From assembly GCA_051439505.1 (NCBI GenBank), contig JBFRWI010000100.1:32001-96000 (forward strand): a DNA stretch of 64,000 nucleotides, read 5' to 3'. This DNA comes from Hormoscilla sp. (GTDB lineage: Bacteria > Cyanobacteriota > Cyanobacteriia > Cyanobacteriales > Desertifilaceae). The position numbers and the translations under genes were made by a program. Shown here piece after piece: positions 37,869 to 48,245 of this stretch; the first letter of the stretch is position 1; every line of letters begins with the position of its first letter. Below the pieces are notes generated by a model, which worked only from the letters and a program-made list of their open reading frames with translations, was not told the origin of the DNA and searched no databases.

Positions 37869-39752
37869 ATGATCTACTGTCTGAACCCGAACTGCTTAAA
37901 TCCTCAAAATCCAGATAACCATCGCTTTTGCCAGAGTTGCGGCGCGAAGTTAATCCCGCAATTGTTAAACCGCTTCGCTATTCTGGAAAGATTGGGGGAA
38001 GGAGGATTTGGCAAAACCTATCGGGCCACTGACGGCCATCGGATGAAGGCCAATTCCGTGGTCAAGCAGTTCGCCCCGGCCCCCGAAATGCAGCAGGCGA
38101 TGGGCAGCAACCCCCAACTGCGGGACAAGATGCTGGAATTGTTTGCCCGGGAGGCAACTCAATTGTTAGAATTGGGGCAGCATCCCCAAATTCCGGCTTT
38201 GTTTGCTTACTTTCAAGCGGACTTGCAATTGCCAGCAGGCACATATCCTTATTTATATCTCGCCCAGGAATATGTAGAAGGGGAGAACTTACTGCAAGCC
38301 TTGACACAGAAACAAGCTTTTGACGAAGCTGAGGTAAGGTCTATCTTAGCTGACTTGTTACCGATTCTGGACTTGATTCACAGTCGGGGAGTGATTCATC
38401 GGGATATAAAACCCGAGAATATCATGCAGCGTCGGAGTGACAAGAGATTGGTGTTGATTGATTTCGGCGTTTCCAAGCAAGCAACGGGAACGAGTCTGCC
38501 ACTCGGAAGTACCGTCGGCACTATGGGAAGTGGCAAAACGACAGCGGGAACACTGGGATACGCGCCACCGGAACAAATGCTTTACGGTAAAGCTTATGCT
38601 GCTAGCGACCTTTATGCCCTGGGGGCAACTTGCATTCATTTACTGACGGGAGAAAATCCTTTCTTTCTGTTTGAACCGATGGATAGTCGGTGGTTGTGGC
38701 AAGAAAGCTTGCAAAGGCAAGGAAAATCTGTCAGTCCCCAGTTAACTCAGGTAATAGAGGGCCTGCTGCGGGAAAAACCGAAGGACCGCTATCAGTCAGC
38801 TACTGAGGTATTAGCAGCATTAAACTCTAAGACAGGCCAGTCCGTTCCCTTATCAACTATTATTTCCATGCCCCGTAAAACGGGCGCTGCCCACCAGGCC
38901 AACCCTCAATCAAAGGCGAATACCTTGCCAACCTTTGAATTTGAAGTAGTGATAATAGACAAGGGAGGCCGAGAAACCAGCGATCGCCGTTTGCGGGCCG
39001 AATTTTATCGGGAAGACTTGGGAAATGGCGTGATACTGGAAATGGTCTCTATTCCCGGGGGCAAGTTTACTATCGGTTCTCCCGAAAGCGAGGTGGGACG
39101 ACAGAAAACTGAAGGTCCCCAGCGAGAAGTGACCATATCTCCTTTCTTTATGGGCAAGTTTCCCATCACTCAAGCCCAGTGGCAAGCGGTGATGGGCAAT
39201 AACCCATCTAAATTTAAAGGAGCAAATCGACCCGTAGAAAATGTATCCTGGAATGATGCGGTAGAATTTTGTCAGCAACTTTCCCGCAAGACCGGGAAAA
39301 CCTATCGCCTGCCCAGCGAGGCTCAATGGGAATATGCCTGTCGCGCTGGTACTACCACGCCCTTTCATTTTGGGGAGACAATTACTGCGGACCTGGCGAA
39401 CTACAATGGTATGAACACCTATGGCCAAGAACCGAAAGGATCGTATCGCGAACAAACCACCCCCGTCGGTTATTTCCAAGTGGCGAACAACTTTGGGTTG
39501 TACGACATACACGGAAATGTCTGGGAATGGTGTGCCGACCCCTGGCACGAGACCTATCGCGGCATTCTTGCCGATGGCAGCATTTGGGAATTTGGCGGCG
39601 ATGACTCATTCCGGATGCTGCGCGGCGGTAGCTGGGTCAACTATCCCGCGAATTGTCGCCGCGCCTATCGCGGTAGGAATTCTCCGGGCGACGGGAACAC
39701 CTTCGTCGGTTTGCGGGTTGTTGTTGGGGGTGCTGTTGTGCGGACTCTTTAA
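37869..39752 (+). CDS. Ser/Thr kinase (4-Cys N-terminal motif) fused to an FGE-sulfatase/CLec domain; likely DGR target
   Basis: YCLNPNC, GEGGFG, HRDIKPEN, DFG; RLPSEAQWEYACRAG, GNVWEW, RGGSW. Confidence 0.92.
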   Translation: MIYCLNPNCLNPQNPDNHRFCQSCGAKLIPQLLNRFAILERLGEGGFGKTYRATDGHRMKANSVVKQFAPAPEMQQAMGSNPQLRDKMLELFAREATQLLELGQHPQIPALFAYFQADLQLPAGTYPYLYLAQEYVEGENLLQALTQKQAFDEAEVRSILADLLPILDLIHSRGVIHRDIKPENIMQRRSDKRLVLIDFGVSKQATGTSLPLGSTVGTMGSGKTTAGTLGYAPPEQMLYGKAYAASDLYALGATCIHLLTGENPFFLFEPMDSRWLWQESLQRQGKSVSPQLTQVIEGLLREKPKDRYQSATEVLAALNSKTGQSVPLSTIISMPRKTGAAHQANPQSKANTLPTFEFEVVIIDKGGRETSDRRLRAEFYREDLGNGVILEMVSIPGGKFTIGSPESEVGRQKTEGPQREVTISPFFMGKFPITQAQWQAVMGNNPSKFKGANRPVENVSWNDAVEFCQQLSRKTGKTYRLPSEAQWEYACRAGTTTPFHFGETITADLANYNGMNTYGQEPKGSYREQTTPVGYFQVANNFGLYDIHGNVWEWCADPWHETYRGILADGSIWEFGGDDSFRMLRGGSWVNYPANCRRAYRGRNSPGDGNTFVGLRVVVGGAVVRTL

Positions 39753-39928
39753 CCCCTTGGCTATGGGTGCCCTCTTGCCCTTTTCCCTCATCGCCGCAGC
39801 CCGATCGCATTTGTGCAGTAAAATGTAGGCAAGCCGTAAAGTTGGTTACGTAGAACGGTGGTTGGGGGGCGATCGGCATTACCGTAAGGAATGAAAGCAA
39901 TGAAAATATTAACAGATTATCTGGAAGT

Positions 39929-40147
39929 ATGGCCTCAAATGTAAAAGTCTGGTATGACAAAGAAGGAGACTATCTGGAAGTGATATTTTCAGATAAACCC
40001 GGTTATATGCAGGAAACAAACAACGATGCGGTGATGGAAATGGTGGATGAAGAAGGTAATATTTTAGGATTTTCGATCTTGGCGGTGAGTCGTCTGTCAC
40101 AGTCAAAGCCATTAGTGGCTGAATTAGCCGGTAAGGGAGAATTATAA
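39929..40147 (+). CDS. DUF2283-like small protein, copy 1
   Basis: VKVWYDKEGDYLEV...VDEEGNILGFSIL. Confidence 0.8.
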   Translation: MASNVKVWYDKEGDYLEVIFSDKPGYMQETNNDAVMEMVDEEGNILGFSILAVSRLSQSKPLVAELAGKGEL

Positions 40148-40207
40148 TAGGAACATGCAGGCTTTCTGGGCCCCGAACTTCCGCGTAAGGACAATTTGGA
40201 GGATAGG

Positions 40208-40453
40208 ATGAAAGAAGTGACCTTGAATGAAATCCAAAACGATTTCCCCGGGTATCTAAAACTAGCCGAAGACGAGGAAATAGTCATTATGCAAGATGGC
40301 AAACCCGCCGGGATGCTGATTAACTTTAACTCATCTGAAGATTGGTTTGATTATTGGTTGGAGGGGGATCCGCGCTTCCTGCGTCGCATTCAGTCTGCTA
40401 GAGAAAACATCCGAGCAGGACGAAGTGTTAAACTAGAAGATGTCGAGCTATAA
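40208..40453 (+). CDS. Phd/YefM-family antitoxin (orphan)
   Basis: YLKLAEDEEIVIMQDGKPAGML...DPRFLRRI; GGAGG RBS. Confidence 0.8.
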   Translation: MKEVTLNEIQNDFPGYLKLAEDEEIVIMQDGKPAGMLINFNSSEDWFDYWLEGDPRFLRRIQSARENIRAGRSVKLEDVEL

Positions 40454-40505
40454 AATCCCGATCGGATAGTTCCCTGTAGAAAGCAGGGAACGCGCTGCTT
40501 TTTAT

Positions 40506-40745
40506 ATGAGGAGGGTGGTGGAAATGGAAATGTCCGATGAACTTCGTGCCGAGTACGATTTGCGGCGTTTGCGTGTCAGGAAAGTAGGTCCTGGAAGAAA
40601 AAGTTTGGGCGAGACGATAATTCATCTAGAACCAGATGTAGCAGCAGTGTTTCCCAATTCAGGATCGGTGAATGAGGCGCTGAGGTTTTTGATTAGGATC
40701 GCTAAGGAGAACAAACAAGCAATATCTTCACAGTATCCAAGATGA
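40506..40745 (+). CDS. BrnA/CopG-like putative antitoxin (orphan)
   Basis: DELRAEYDL...LEPDVAAVFPNSGSVNEALRFL. Confidence 0.7.
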   Translation: MRRVVEMEMSDELRAEYDLRRLRVRKVGPGRKSLGETIIHLEPDVAAVFPNSGSVNEALRFLIRIAKENKQAISSQYPR

Positions 40746-41222
40746 TGTATAATTTGTAAGCAGCTAGGTTGACGAGCGTTTGCAAAGAGGACGGCGATCG
40801 CAGTAGACCTTAAGAGTAAACGAGGGGTTGGGGGGCGGCGATCGCCCTGACTGCAAAGAGTGAAAGCAATAAAAATCAGAGCAGATTATCTGGTAATAAC
40901 TAAGGGAAGTCGGTTGGGTATCAGAGGTTATGGATGCCGTGCCCCTACCGCAATGTGATGATTACGTCACATATCCCAAAAAAATGCGATCGCAAATGAA
41001 CTGTAGGTGTACGGCATCAACAGATTATCTAATGGATGAAAATGTCACTGCCGCCGTGCCCCGGCCCGATGTGATAACTGCCGAGGTACAAAAAATGCGA
41101 GCGCACCCGTTGTGCCCCGAAAAAATCCCATCCCACAGGCCGGGGCAGGACTTGCATGCGATCGCGCAGGCCGGGGCACGGCGTGACAAATATTTCGGTT
41201 GGGTATCAGACGATCTGGAAGT

Positions 41223-41438
41223 ATGGCATCAAATGTAAAAGTATGGTATGACAAGGAAGGGGACTATCTGGAAGTGATATTTTCAGATAAACCCGGTTAT
41301 ATGCAGGAAACAAACAACGATGCGGTGATGGAAATGGTAGATGAAGAAGGTAATATTTTAGGATTTTCGATCTTGGCGGTGAGTCGTCTGTCACGGTCAA
41401 AGCCATTAGTAGCTGAATTAGTCGGTAAGGGAGAATAG
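41223..41438 (+). CDS. DUF2283-like small protein, copy 2
   Basis: Near-identical to 39929-40147 at DNA and protein level. Confidence 0.8.
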   Translation: MASNVKVWYDKEGDYLEVIFSDKPGYMQETNNDAVMEMVDEEGNILGFSILAVSRLSRSKPLVAELVGKGE

Positions 41439-41611
41439 CAAAGCATAGTTCGTAGTAGGGACTTTAGTCCCGATATGGGCAAGGGGTGCATCCCAGTTTT
41501 GCAATATAGCCCGCGCAGGCGGGCTTTGTATCTGTAGCCGGACCCTTTAGGGTTCGGGCGGTAACGCAAATGTGAGATGCTAAAGTCCTCACTACAAACA
41601 TTACTATAAAG

Positions 41612-42667
41612 ATGAACAAGATGATGGCAGAATTACAGGAGATCCAAGCAGCAGCAGGGGCAACCTTTGTAGATGGAGTTGCAGTTAGTTTCGGTAACGA
41701 ACCGGCGGGAATAGCAGCTGCCCGATCGGGGGTAGCGCTGTGCGATCGCGCCCACTGGGGTCGCATCCAGCTTACAGGGGCCGATCGGGTGCGCTTTTTA
41801 CACAACCAGACTACCAACGATTTTCAAATCCGCAAACCCGGACAGGGATGCGATACAGTATTCGTGACATCAACGGCCCGCACCATTGACCTAGCAACAG
41901 CTTACATTACCGAAGATGCTATATTGTTGCTAGTCTCTCCCGGGCGCTGTCAGCAGTTAATGCAATTGATGGACCGCTATATCTTCCCGATGGATAAGGT
42001 AGAATTGCAGGATATTAGCGATCGCACTGCTTGTTTCAGCCTCCTAGGGCCCGAGAGTGATGCCTTGATGGAAAATATCTTGGGGACAAAAACCCTAATT
42101 GGTCAAGCCGAACATTCTCATGCTATCTTCCCATTAGAGGATATAGAAGTGCGAGTAGCTGTGGGGAATGGGTTAGGAATGCCCGGATACACCCTCATGG
42201 TTCCAGCCCCAGCAGCAGGGAAATTATGGAGTAAGATCGCAGCAGCAGGGGCAGTACCCATGGGCGATCGGGGGTGGGAAGAACTGCGCATCCAGCAAGG
42301 ACGCCCCCAACCAGACAGGGAACTGACAGAAGATTATAATCCTCTAGAAGCAGGGTTGTGGCAAACTATTTCCTTTGAGAAAGGTTGCTATATCGGACAA
42401 GAGACGATCGCGCGCCTGAACACCTACAAAGGAGTGAAGCAGCAACTCTGGGGAATAAAACTGCAAGGCCCCGCAGAACCGGGAACTGTAATAATGGTAG
42501 GAGAAGAAAAGGTGGGGAAACTGACAAGTTACGCCCAAACAGACCGAGGAGACATTGGGTTAGGTTACATCAGGACTAAAGCAGGGGGTGCAGGACTGCA
42601 AGTGCAAGTAGGAGAAACCGCAGGAGAAGTGGTAGATGTCTCCTTCCTGACTCACGAGTACGTGTAA
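41612..42667 (+). CDS. ygfZ: Folate-binding YgfZ/GcvT-family protein
   Basis: KGCYIGQETIARL signature. Confidence 0.92.
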   Translation: MNKMMAELQEIQAAAGATFVDGVAVSFGNEPAGIAAARSGVALCDRAHWGRIQLTGADRVRFLHNQTTNDFQIRKPGQGCDTVFVTSTARTIDLATAYITEDAILLLVSPGRCQQLMQLMDRYIFPMDKVELQDISDRTACFSLLGPESDALMENILGTKTLIGQAEHSHAIFPLEDIEVRVAVGNGLGMPGYTLMVPAPAAGKLWSKIAAAGAVPMGDRGWEELRIQQGRPQPDRELTEDYNPLEAGLWQTISFEKGCYIGQETIARLNTYKGVKQQLWGIKLQGPAEPGTVIMVGEEKVGKLTSYAQTDRGDIGLGYIRTKAGGAGLQVQVGETAGEVVDVSFLTHEYV

Positions 42668-42916
42668 CTGTAGGTTGGGTTGAGGTACGAAACCCAACCC
42701 AAGCGCTAAAGCGCTTACTACAAACGGGGCGTGGTCCCAAACCCAACCCAAGCGCTAAAGCGCTTACTACAAACGGGGCGAAAATTTCCGGAAACAGACA
42801 ATATTTTTAGTGGGTTTTAACCCACTTAAGCTTTTAGCCGGGGGTTTGAACCCCCGGCGGGCCATGAGACTCAGCGGGATAACTACGGATAACTACAAAC
42901 CTGGCACCAATAATAA

Positions 42917-44737
42917 TCAAGCTGGAGATAATACTTCAGCATTTTCTTGATTCTGAAAGTACAGGGACCAAAATTTGGAATTGCGATCGTTGAGGAGCGC
43001 TTGATAGGTTCCTTCTTCAATAATGCGCCCCCGCTCCATCACGTAGATGCGATCGACATTTTGCAGGGTTGAGACCCGATGGGCAATCATAATCATAGTT
43101 GTATCGGGTAGCTCAGCGTCAAGTTTTGCTTGAATTTTTTGCTCAGTTTGGCTGTCCAGAGAAGAGGTTGCTTCATCCAAAATCAGGATCTGGGGCTCCC
43201 GACAAAGCGCCCGGGCGATCGCGAGACGCTGACGTTCTCCTCCAGAAAGCCGATATCCCTTCTCTCCAATTAAGGTATCGATACCTTGGGGTAAGCGAGC
43301 AATAACTTCTTCCAGTTGAGCGATCGCGATCGCCTTCTCCAAAAGTCCAGGAGAAACTTGACCCATCAGGGTCAAATTTTCCCGCAGAGTCATGTTAAAC
43401 AACTCAGAGTCCTGGGGAACCACAGACAAATACTGAGTTAGGCGATCGTGGTTAATGCTATTCAGTACCACATCATCGAATCTGATCTCCCCTGCGTCAG
43501 TAGGATAGAGTCCCAAGAGCAGTTGACTGAGAGTGCTCTTACCGCTACCGGAAGCCCCCACAATTCCCACGCGACTATTCCGGGGAATCGTCAGGGATAT
43601 CTGTTCCAAGGCGAAAGACTGCTCGCGATTGGGAAACCCAAAAGTAACCCGATCGCAAACAATTTTATGCCATTCCTTGGGAAAATCATCCTGTCCCCGA
43701 ACAATTGTTCCTTGCTCCTCAAAAATTGGCATCATCCGGGCAACAGTCGTCTTAGATTTGACAACCTTCTGGAGCAGATTATTGCTTTGTTGGGCGGCAA
43801 TTATTAAATCATTAAAATAGGTAAAGTAAGGAATTAATACTCCCACTGTCATGATTCCCGCCAGGACTTTTGAGGATACCAGATACAGAAAAACGCCCAT
43901 TGATACAGCATTCAGCAAGTGAAATAGTATCCACATCAAAATAGACAAATCACGCACCAATAATTGCTGTTGTTGCACGGCCTGCTCGCGATTCGTTACT
44001 GTATTTTGGACTGATTCCGCCGCCCCGATACTTTTAACAGTAACCACATTGCTAGCACCCTCAAAATAAAACCCGCTGGAAGATTCTCGCAATTGATTCA
44101 ACCGATACTGTTGTAATTCGAGCTGACGATAAAAGGTAGTTTGGACTGCAAAAAATATCCCCAGATGCGCGAAGCATAAAAGACAGAGGTCCCAATCCAA
44201 CGCCATGAACGTTATGACAACCCCCACAAACTTGACCGCCACGGGCAAAACATCGTTATAAAGCAGCATGCTTGCTGCTGCTAAAGCACCAGCCCCCTCT
44301 TGAACTCTTGTTACTTTATTCCCCGTATTTTCCTGGTCGTGCCACATCAGAGAATTTTCCATCAGGCGTCCGAACCCCTTTACCCGAGCATTATAGTCGA
44401 TAAAAATCTCGAAAGTTCGCAGGTATCTTTTACTCACAAGGCGTAACACAGAGACAACTCCCCAGGAAACTGTCAGCCCACCAATGTACCAGTATAAAAG
44501 TGAGCGGGAATCTCCATCTGTATATCCTGTTAGATAGTCTACAGTTTTGCCCAGAATCAATGGGGGAATCAGGAAATCGAAGAACGCGATGGAAATAACG
44601 GTAGTCCAAAACAGGCAAGGCCAGCGATTTTCTTCGAGAAAGTACCAAAACACTTTCGCCAAGTCAAACCAACTGAACGCTGGAGATAAATTATCCATCT
44701 GATGGGAATTGGGTTGTGCTGTTAAGTTATCGCTCAT
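42917..44737 (-). CDS. ABC exporter, fused TMD-NBD (ABCB-type)
   Basis: GASGSGKS, LSGGERQR, ILDEATSSLD. Confidence 0.92.
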   Translation of the reverse strand: MSDNLTAQPNSHQMDNLSPAFSWFDLAKVFWYFLEENRWPCLFWTTVISIAFFDFLIPPLILGKTVDYLTGYTDGDSRSLLYWYIGGLTVSWGVVSVLRLVSKRYLRTFEIFIDYNARVKGFGRLMENSLMWHDQENTGNKVTRVQEGAGALAAASMLLYNDVLPVAVKFVGVVITFMALDWDLCLLCFAHLGIFFAVQTTFYRQLELQQYRLNQLRESSSGFYFEGASNVVTVKSIGAAESVQNTVTNREQAVQQQQLLVRDLSILMWILFHLLNAVSMGVFLYLVSSKVLAGIMTVGVLIPYFTYFNDLIIAAQQSNNLLQKVVKSKTTVARMMPIFEEQGTIVRGQDDFPKEWHKIVCDRVTFGFPNREQSFALEQISLTIPRNSRVGIVGASGSGKSTLSQLLLGLYPTDAGEIRFDDVVLNSINHDRLTQYLSVVPQDSELFNMTLRENLTLMGQVSPGLLEKAIAIAQLEEVIARLPQGIDTLIGEKGYRLSGGERQRLAIARALCREPQILILDEATSSLDSQTEQKIQAKLDAELPDTTMIMIAHRVSTLQNVDRIYVMERGRIIEEGTYQALLNDRNSKFWSLYFQNQENAEVLSPA

Positions 44738-44764
44738 AGTGGTTAAATTGACAATTCAGCATGA

Positions 44765-46474
44765 TTACTTAGGAAATTCGTAGCTAGCAGCAGGCATTAG
44801 CCGCCAATCTCGATCGGGCGTTATCTGTAAAACTTGCTGATGATACTTTACCAGAGAGGGACGGTGTCCTACACTCAGAAAAGTCGTGCTGGTTGCTTGC
44901 AAGCGTTGATAGAGAAGTTCCTCATTTTCTACATCCAGGGCGCTAGTAGCTTCGTCGAGAATAGCATAATCAGGTTGACTCAGCAAGAGTCTGGCAAAAG
45001 CAAGGCGTTGTTGTTCCCCGAGGGAAAGCATGGCAGCAAAGTCAGTTTCCCGATCGAACCCGCCGACTCGTTCCGGTAAATTAGCAAGATTAACTGCTTG
45101 CAAAACTTGATGCAGTTCTGAGTCCGTAACATCCCGAATGGTGTGAGGATAGAGGAGTTGGTCCCGCAGACTGCCTAAAATCATGTAGGGACGCTGGGGT
45201 AAAAATAGCATTTCCGACAAATTGGGGCGTTCGATCTTCCCCGTGCCAGATGTCCACAAACCCGCGATCGCCCGTAACAGGGAACTCTTACCACAGCCAC
45301 TATCTCCGACAACCAGTAAACTACCTCTTGGCGGCAATTCCACCGACAGATCCCGAAATAGCGTCTGTTGATAGTTAGGCGTTTGCAATGTTAGATGGGA
45401 CACTGCTAAAGCCTCTGTTTTCCGGAAATCGATCATGCGTCGAGCTTCAGGGGCGAATTCTTGCTTTTCCAACATTGTTTCTAAAGCCTCTAAACGCTCG
45501 ACCGCCGCTGCAAACTTGCTGATATTGCCTAACTTCCGCAGTCCCAGAGACAAACTTTGCTGGAGTCGCACCATATTCGATCTTCCTTCAACGAACGCCC
45601 CCACCTCCAAATTTCCCGATAAAACTCTGGGAGCCAAAACTAGGATATTCAATACTGTCGGCAGTCTCTGGAAAATATTATCAAATGTCCTTAAATACAA
45701 CTGCTGCCAGTTGATGATTTTCCGATCGTTTTTGACGATCGTATGCAATCTCGTTTTAATCTCTTGAGTCTCCCGTTCTTCTCCCTGATAAAATGCGATC
45801 GATTCAGCATTTTCTCTAATCCTGATTAAGCCAAACCGAAAGTCAGCTTCTTTCTTAAATTTCAGGAAATTGAGCCTGGTTAATCTTCTCCCGAAAAATC
45901 CAAATCCAATTATATTACCAAGGATGCCATAAATCAGAACCACAACCAACAATTCTTTGGAGATCAGCCAGATGGCTACACTTGTAGCCATCAATCCCGA
46001 GATTGTATCCAGCACCACAGTCAATACAGTTAAAGACTCCGTTGTAAAAGTATCAATGTCTTGAGCAATTCGCTGGTCTGGGTTATCTATCTGAGAATTG
46101 GATCCGATGTTGTAGTAAGAGCGATCGCTAAAATATTCCCCCAAAAAACGACGAGTCATCCACCTACGCCAGTAGAGTGCCAGTTGGTTGGGCAAATATT
46201 CTTTAGCTGCTGCTACTGGGATATAGACTAACAGCACTCCCAAGAACGTCAGCACCGCTGGCACCAATTTATCGCTCGACTGGGCTGCTAGGGCTGAGGT
46301 CATGTTGCCAGACTGACGGTTGAGGGCGACATTCAAGGTTGAGAAGGCAAAGATTGTTGCCCATGATAATATTAACAGACTCCAAGCGCCAAATTTTTCT
46401 GGGGAAACCCAATAAGGTTTGGCGATCGCCCAACACCGGAGCAAAAATTTCCTGTTTGCCATTCTATTTGCCAT
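44765..46474 (-). CDS. ABCD/YddA-like fused ABC transporter
   Basis: DNPDQRI, RIRENAESIAFY, GDSGCGKSS, LSLGEQQR. Confidence 0.92.
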   Translation of the reverse strand: MANRMANRKFLLRCWAIAKPYWVSPEKFGAWSLLILSWATIFAFSTLNVALNRQSGNMTSALAAQSSDKLVPAVLTFLGVLLVYIPVAAAKEYLPNQLALYWRRWMTRRFLGEYFSDRSYYNIGSNSQIDNPDQRIAQDIDTFTTESLTVLTVVLDTISGLMATSVAIWLISKELLVVVLIYGILGNIIGFGFFGRRLTRLNFLKFKKEADFRFGLIRIRENAESIAFYQGEERETQEIKTRLHTIVKNDRKIINWQQLYLRTFDNIFQRLPTVLNILVLAPRVLSGNLEVGAFVEGRSNMVRLQQSLSLGLRKLGNISKFAAAVERLEALETMLEKQEFAPEARRMIDFRKTEALAVSHLTLQTPNYQQTLFRDLSVELPPRGSLLVVGDSGCGKSSLLRAIAGLWTSGTGKIERPNLSEMLFLPQRPYMILGSLRDQLLYPHTIRDVTDSELHQVLQAVNLANLPERVGGFDRETDFAAMLSLGEQQRLAFARLLLSQPDYAILDEATSALDVENEELLYQRLQATSTTFLSVGHRPSLVKYHQQVLQITPDRDWRLMPAASYEFPK

Positions 46475-46501
46475 GTCGTCATTTGTCAGTTGTTGATCAT
46501 T

Positions 46502-48217
46502 TTAGGTTTCCTGGTCATCCCTGTCAACAGAAGTTACCTGCCACTGTCGTTCGGCGGAGATTTTCAATACTTGTTGATGATACTTAACCAGAGAGGGGCG
46601 ATGTCCGACACTCACAAAGGTCGTGTTTGTTGCTTGCAGGCGTTGATAAAGACGTTCCTCATTTGTTATATCTAGGGCGCTAGTGGCTTCATCCAATATA
46701 ACGTAGGGGCGTTGGGAGAGCAGTACTCTAGCAAAGGCTAGACGTTGTTGTTCTCCGAGGGACAGCATCGATGTCCAGTCTGCTTCGGTATCCAATCCCC
46801 CAACTCGTGCGGGTAATTCTGCCAGATTTACTTCTGCCAAGACTTGATGCAGTTCGGCGTCAGTAACATCCTGACTGGTCTGGGGATAAAGCAGTTGGTC
46901 CCGCAGGGTACCTAATATCATATAGGGACGCTGGGGTAAAAATAGCATTTCCGACAAATTGGGTCGTGAGATTAAACCAGTGCCAGACTTCCACAAGCCC
47001 GCGATCGCCCTCATCAAGGAACTCTTACCAAAGCCGCTAGGTCCCTGCACTAGCAACCCCGTTCCCTGGGGAATCTCTACTGATAAATCTGCCAACAAAG
47101 TCCGTTGATAGTCAGGAGTTTGTAATGTTATATCGGATAAATTTAATCTATCTTCTTCCCGGGTATCAATCCTACTTATTCCTTCTGGGTCCGGGCCTTG
47201 TGATTTTTCTAGAGTGCTCACTAAATATTCTATTCTTAACACCGCTGCCAAAATCTCACTTAAAATCGGCAAGACTCCCATATACAAACCAAAACCGTTG
47301 ACTAAATATCGGATATTACCCGCCGCTTCGATAATTTTACCGACCTCTACCTCTCCTGATAAAATTGGAGCCGCTAAAATTATGACTGGCACCAAGTAAG
47401 GAACCCCTCTGAACAAATTCTCAAACATCTTGAGGTAATATTGCCACCGCAGGATTTTATTCTGATTAGCGAATGCCTGAACGAAGCGCATATCTGTCTG
47501 GTGAAACTCCCGGTCTTCTCCCTGGTAAAATGCGATCGCTTCAGCATTTTCGCGCACCCTGACTAAGCTAGAACGAAAATCCCCTTCTTTTCGCCGTTGC
47601 TGCAAGTTCAGTCTCGTCAATACCTTGCCAAAAAAACCAAATAGTATCAGAGCGCTAATCAGGCCATAAATCAGTAAAACAATTACAAGTACTGGGGAAA
47701 TTTCACCTAGGGCTATACTGTTGAACAGCACCAATGAAGGTCCTACTATCACCAATAAGGAGAACATCGCCAAAATCCCGCTCGTAAATGTCTGGATATC
47801 TTCAGCTAGCCGCTGGTCTGGGTTGTCGATGTCCGGCTGCCATGTTAACTTATAGTAGGCCCGATCGGCCATATATTTCCCCAGCAAACGCAATGTCAGC
47901 CAGCGCCGCCAGTATAGAGCCAATAAATTGTAGGAATACAACCAGCAAACATTAGTGAGGGCCCAAAGCCCTATGCCACCAAAGAAGTTTAGCATCCCCT
48001 GCCACAATCTTACTTCATCCCCCGCTGCCATGGCTGAAGTCATACTCCCCAATTGACGGAATACGAACGGGCCCACCGCCGAGTGGCCTAGAGAACCTCC
48101 CACCATCAGTACGAAGAGACCCCAGGCCCTAAATTTTTCTTCGGAAACAAAATAGGGGTAGACAATGGCCAATATCCTGCGCAGCAGTTGCCAGTTAGAT
48201 CGACGCGATGAATTCAT
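46502..48217 (-). CDS. ABCD/YddA-like fused ABC transporter (paralogue)
   Basis: DNPDQRL, RVRENAEAIAFY, GPSGFGKSS, LSLGEQQR. Confidence 0.92.
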   Translation of the reverse strand: MNSSRRSNWQLLRRILAIVYPYFVSEEKFRAWGLFVLMVGGSLGHSAVGPFVFRQLGSMTSAMAAGDEVRLWQGMLNFFGGIGLWALTNVCWLYSYNLLALYWRRWLTLRLLGKYMADRAYYKLTWQPDIDNPDQRLAEDIQTFTSGILAMFSLLVIVGPSLVLFNSIALGEISPVLVIVLLIYGLISALILFGFFGKVLTRLNLQQRRKEGDFRSSLVRVRENAEAIAFYQGEDREFHQTDMRFVQAFANQNKILRWQYYLKMFENLFRGVPYLVPVIILAAPILSGEVEVGKIIEAAGNIRYLVNGFGLYMGVLPILSEILAAVLRIEYLVSTLEKSQGPDPEGISRIDTREEDRLNLSDITLQTPDYQRTLLADLSVEIPQGTGLLVQGPSGFGKSSLMRAIAGLWKSGTGLISRPNLSEMLFLPQRPYMILGTLRDQLLYPQTSQDVTDAELHQVLAEVNLAELPARVGGLDTEADWTSMLSLGEQQRLAFARVLLSQRPYVILDEATSALDITNEERLYQRLQATNTTFVSVGHRPSLVKYHQQVLKISAERQWQVTSVDRDDQET

Positions 48218-48245
48218 TTTTTCTCTCTACTGATGGATGTGAAAC

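Noticed and set aside
38910..39548. 212-aa antisense ORF, and similar shadow ORFs over typA, tex, nblS and the peroxiredoxin gene
   Set aside because: They lie opposite well-supported genes and are explained by codon bias.
39836..39849. GTA-N8-TAC, possible NtcA site
   Set aside because: It lacks the usual flanking bases and a correctly spaced -10 box, and such a match is expected by chance.
39753..41600. DGR template repeat or reverse transcriptase next to the kinase-FGE gene
   Set aside because: No AAC-rich copy of the variable region and no RT motifs were found here or elsewhere in the window.
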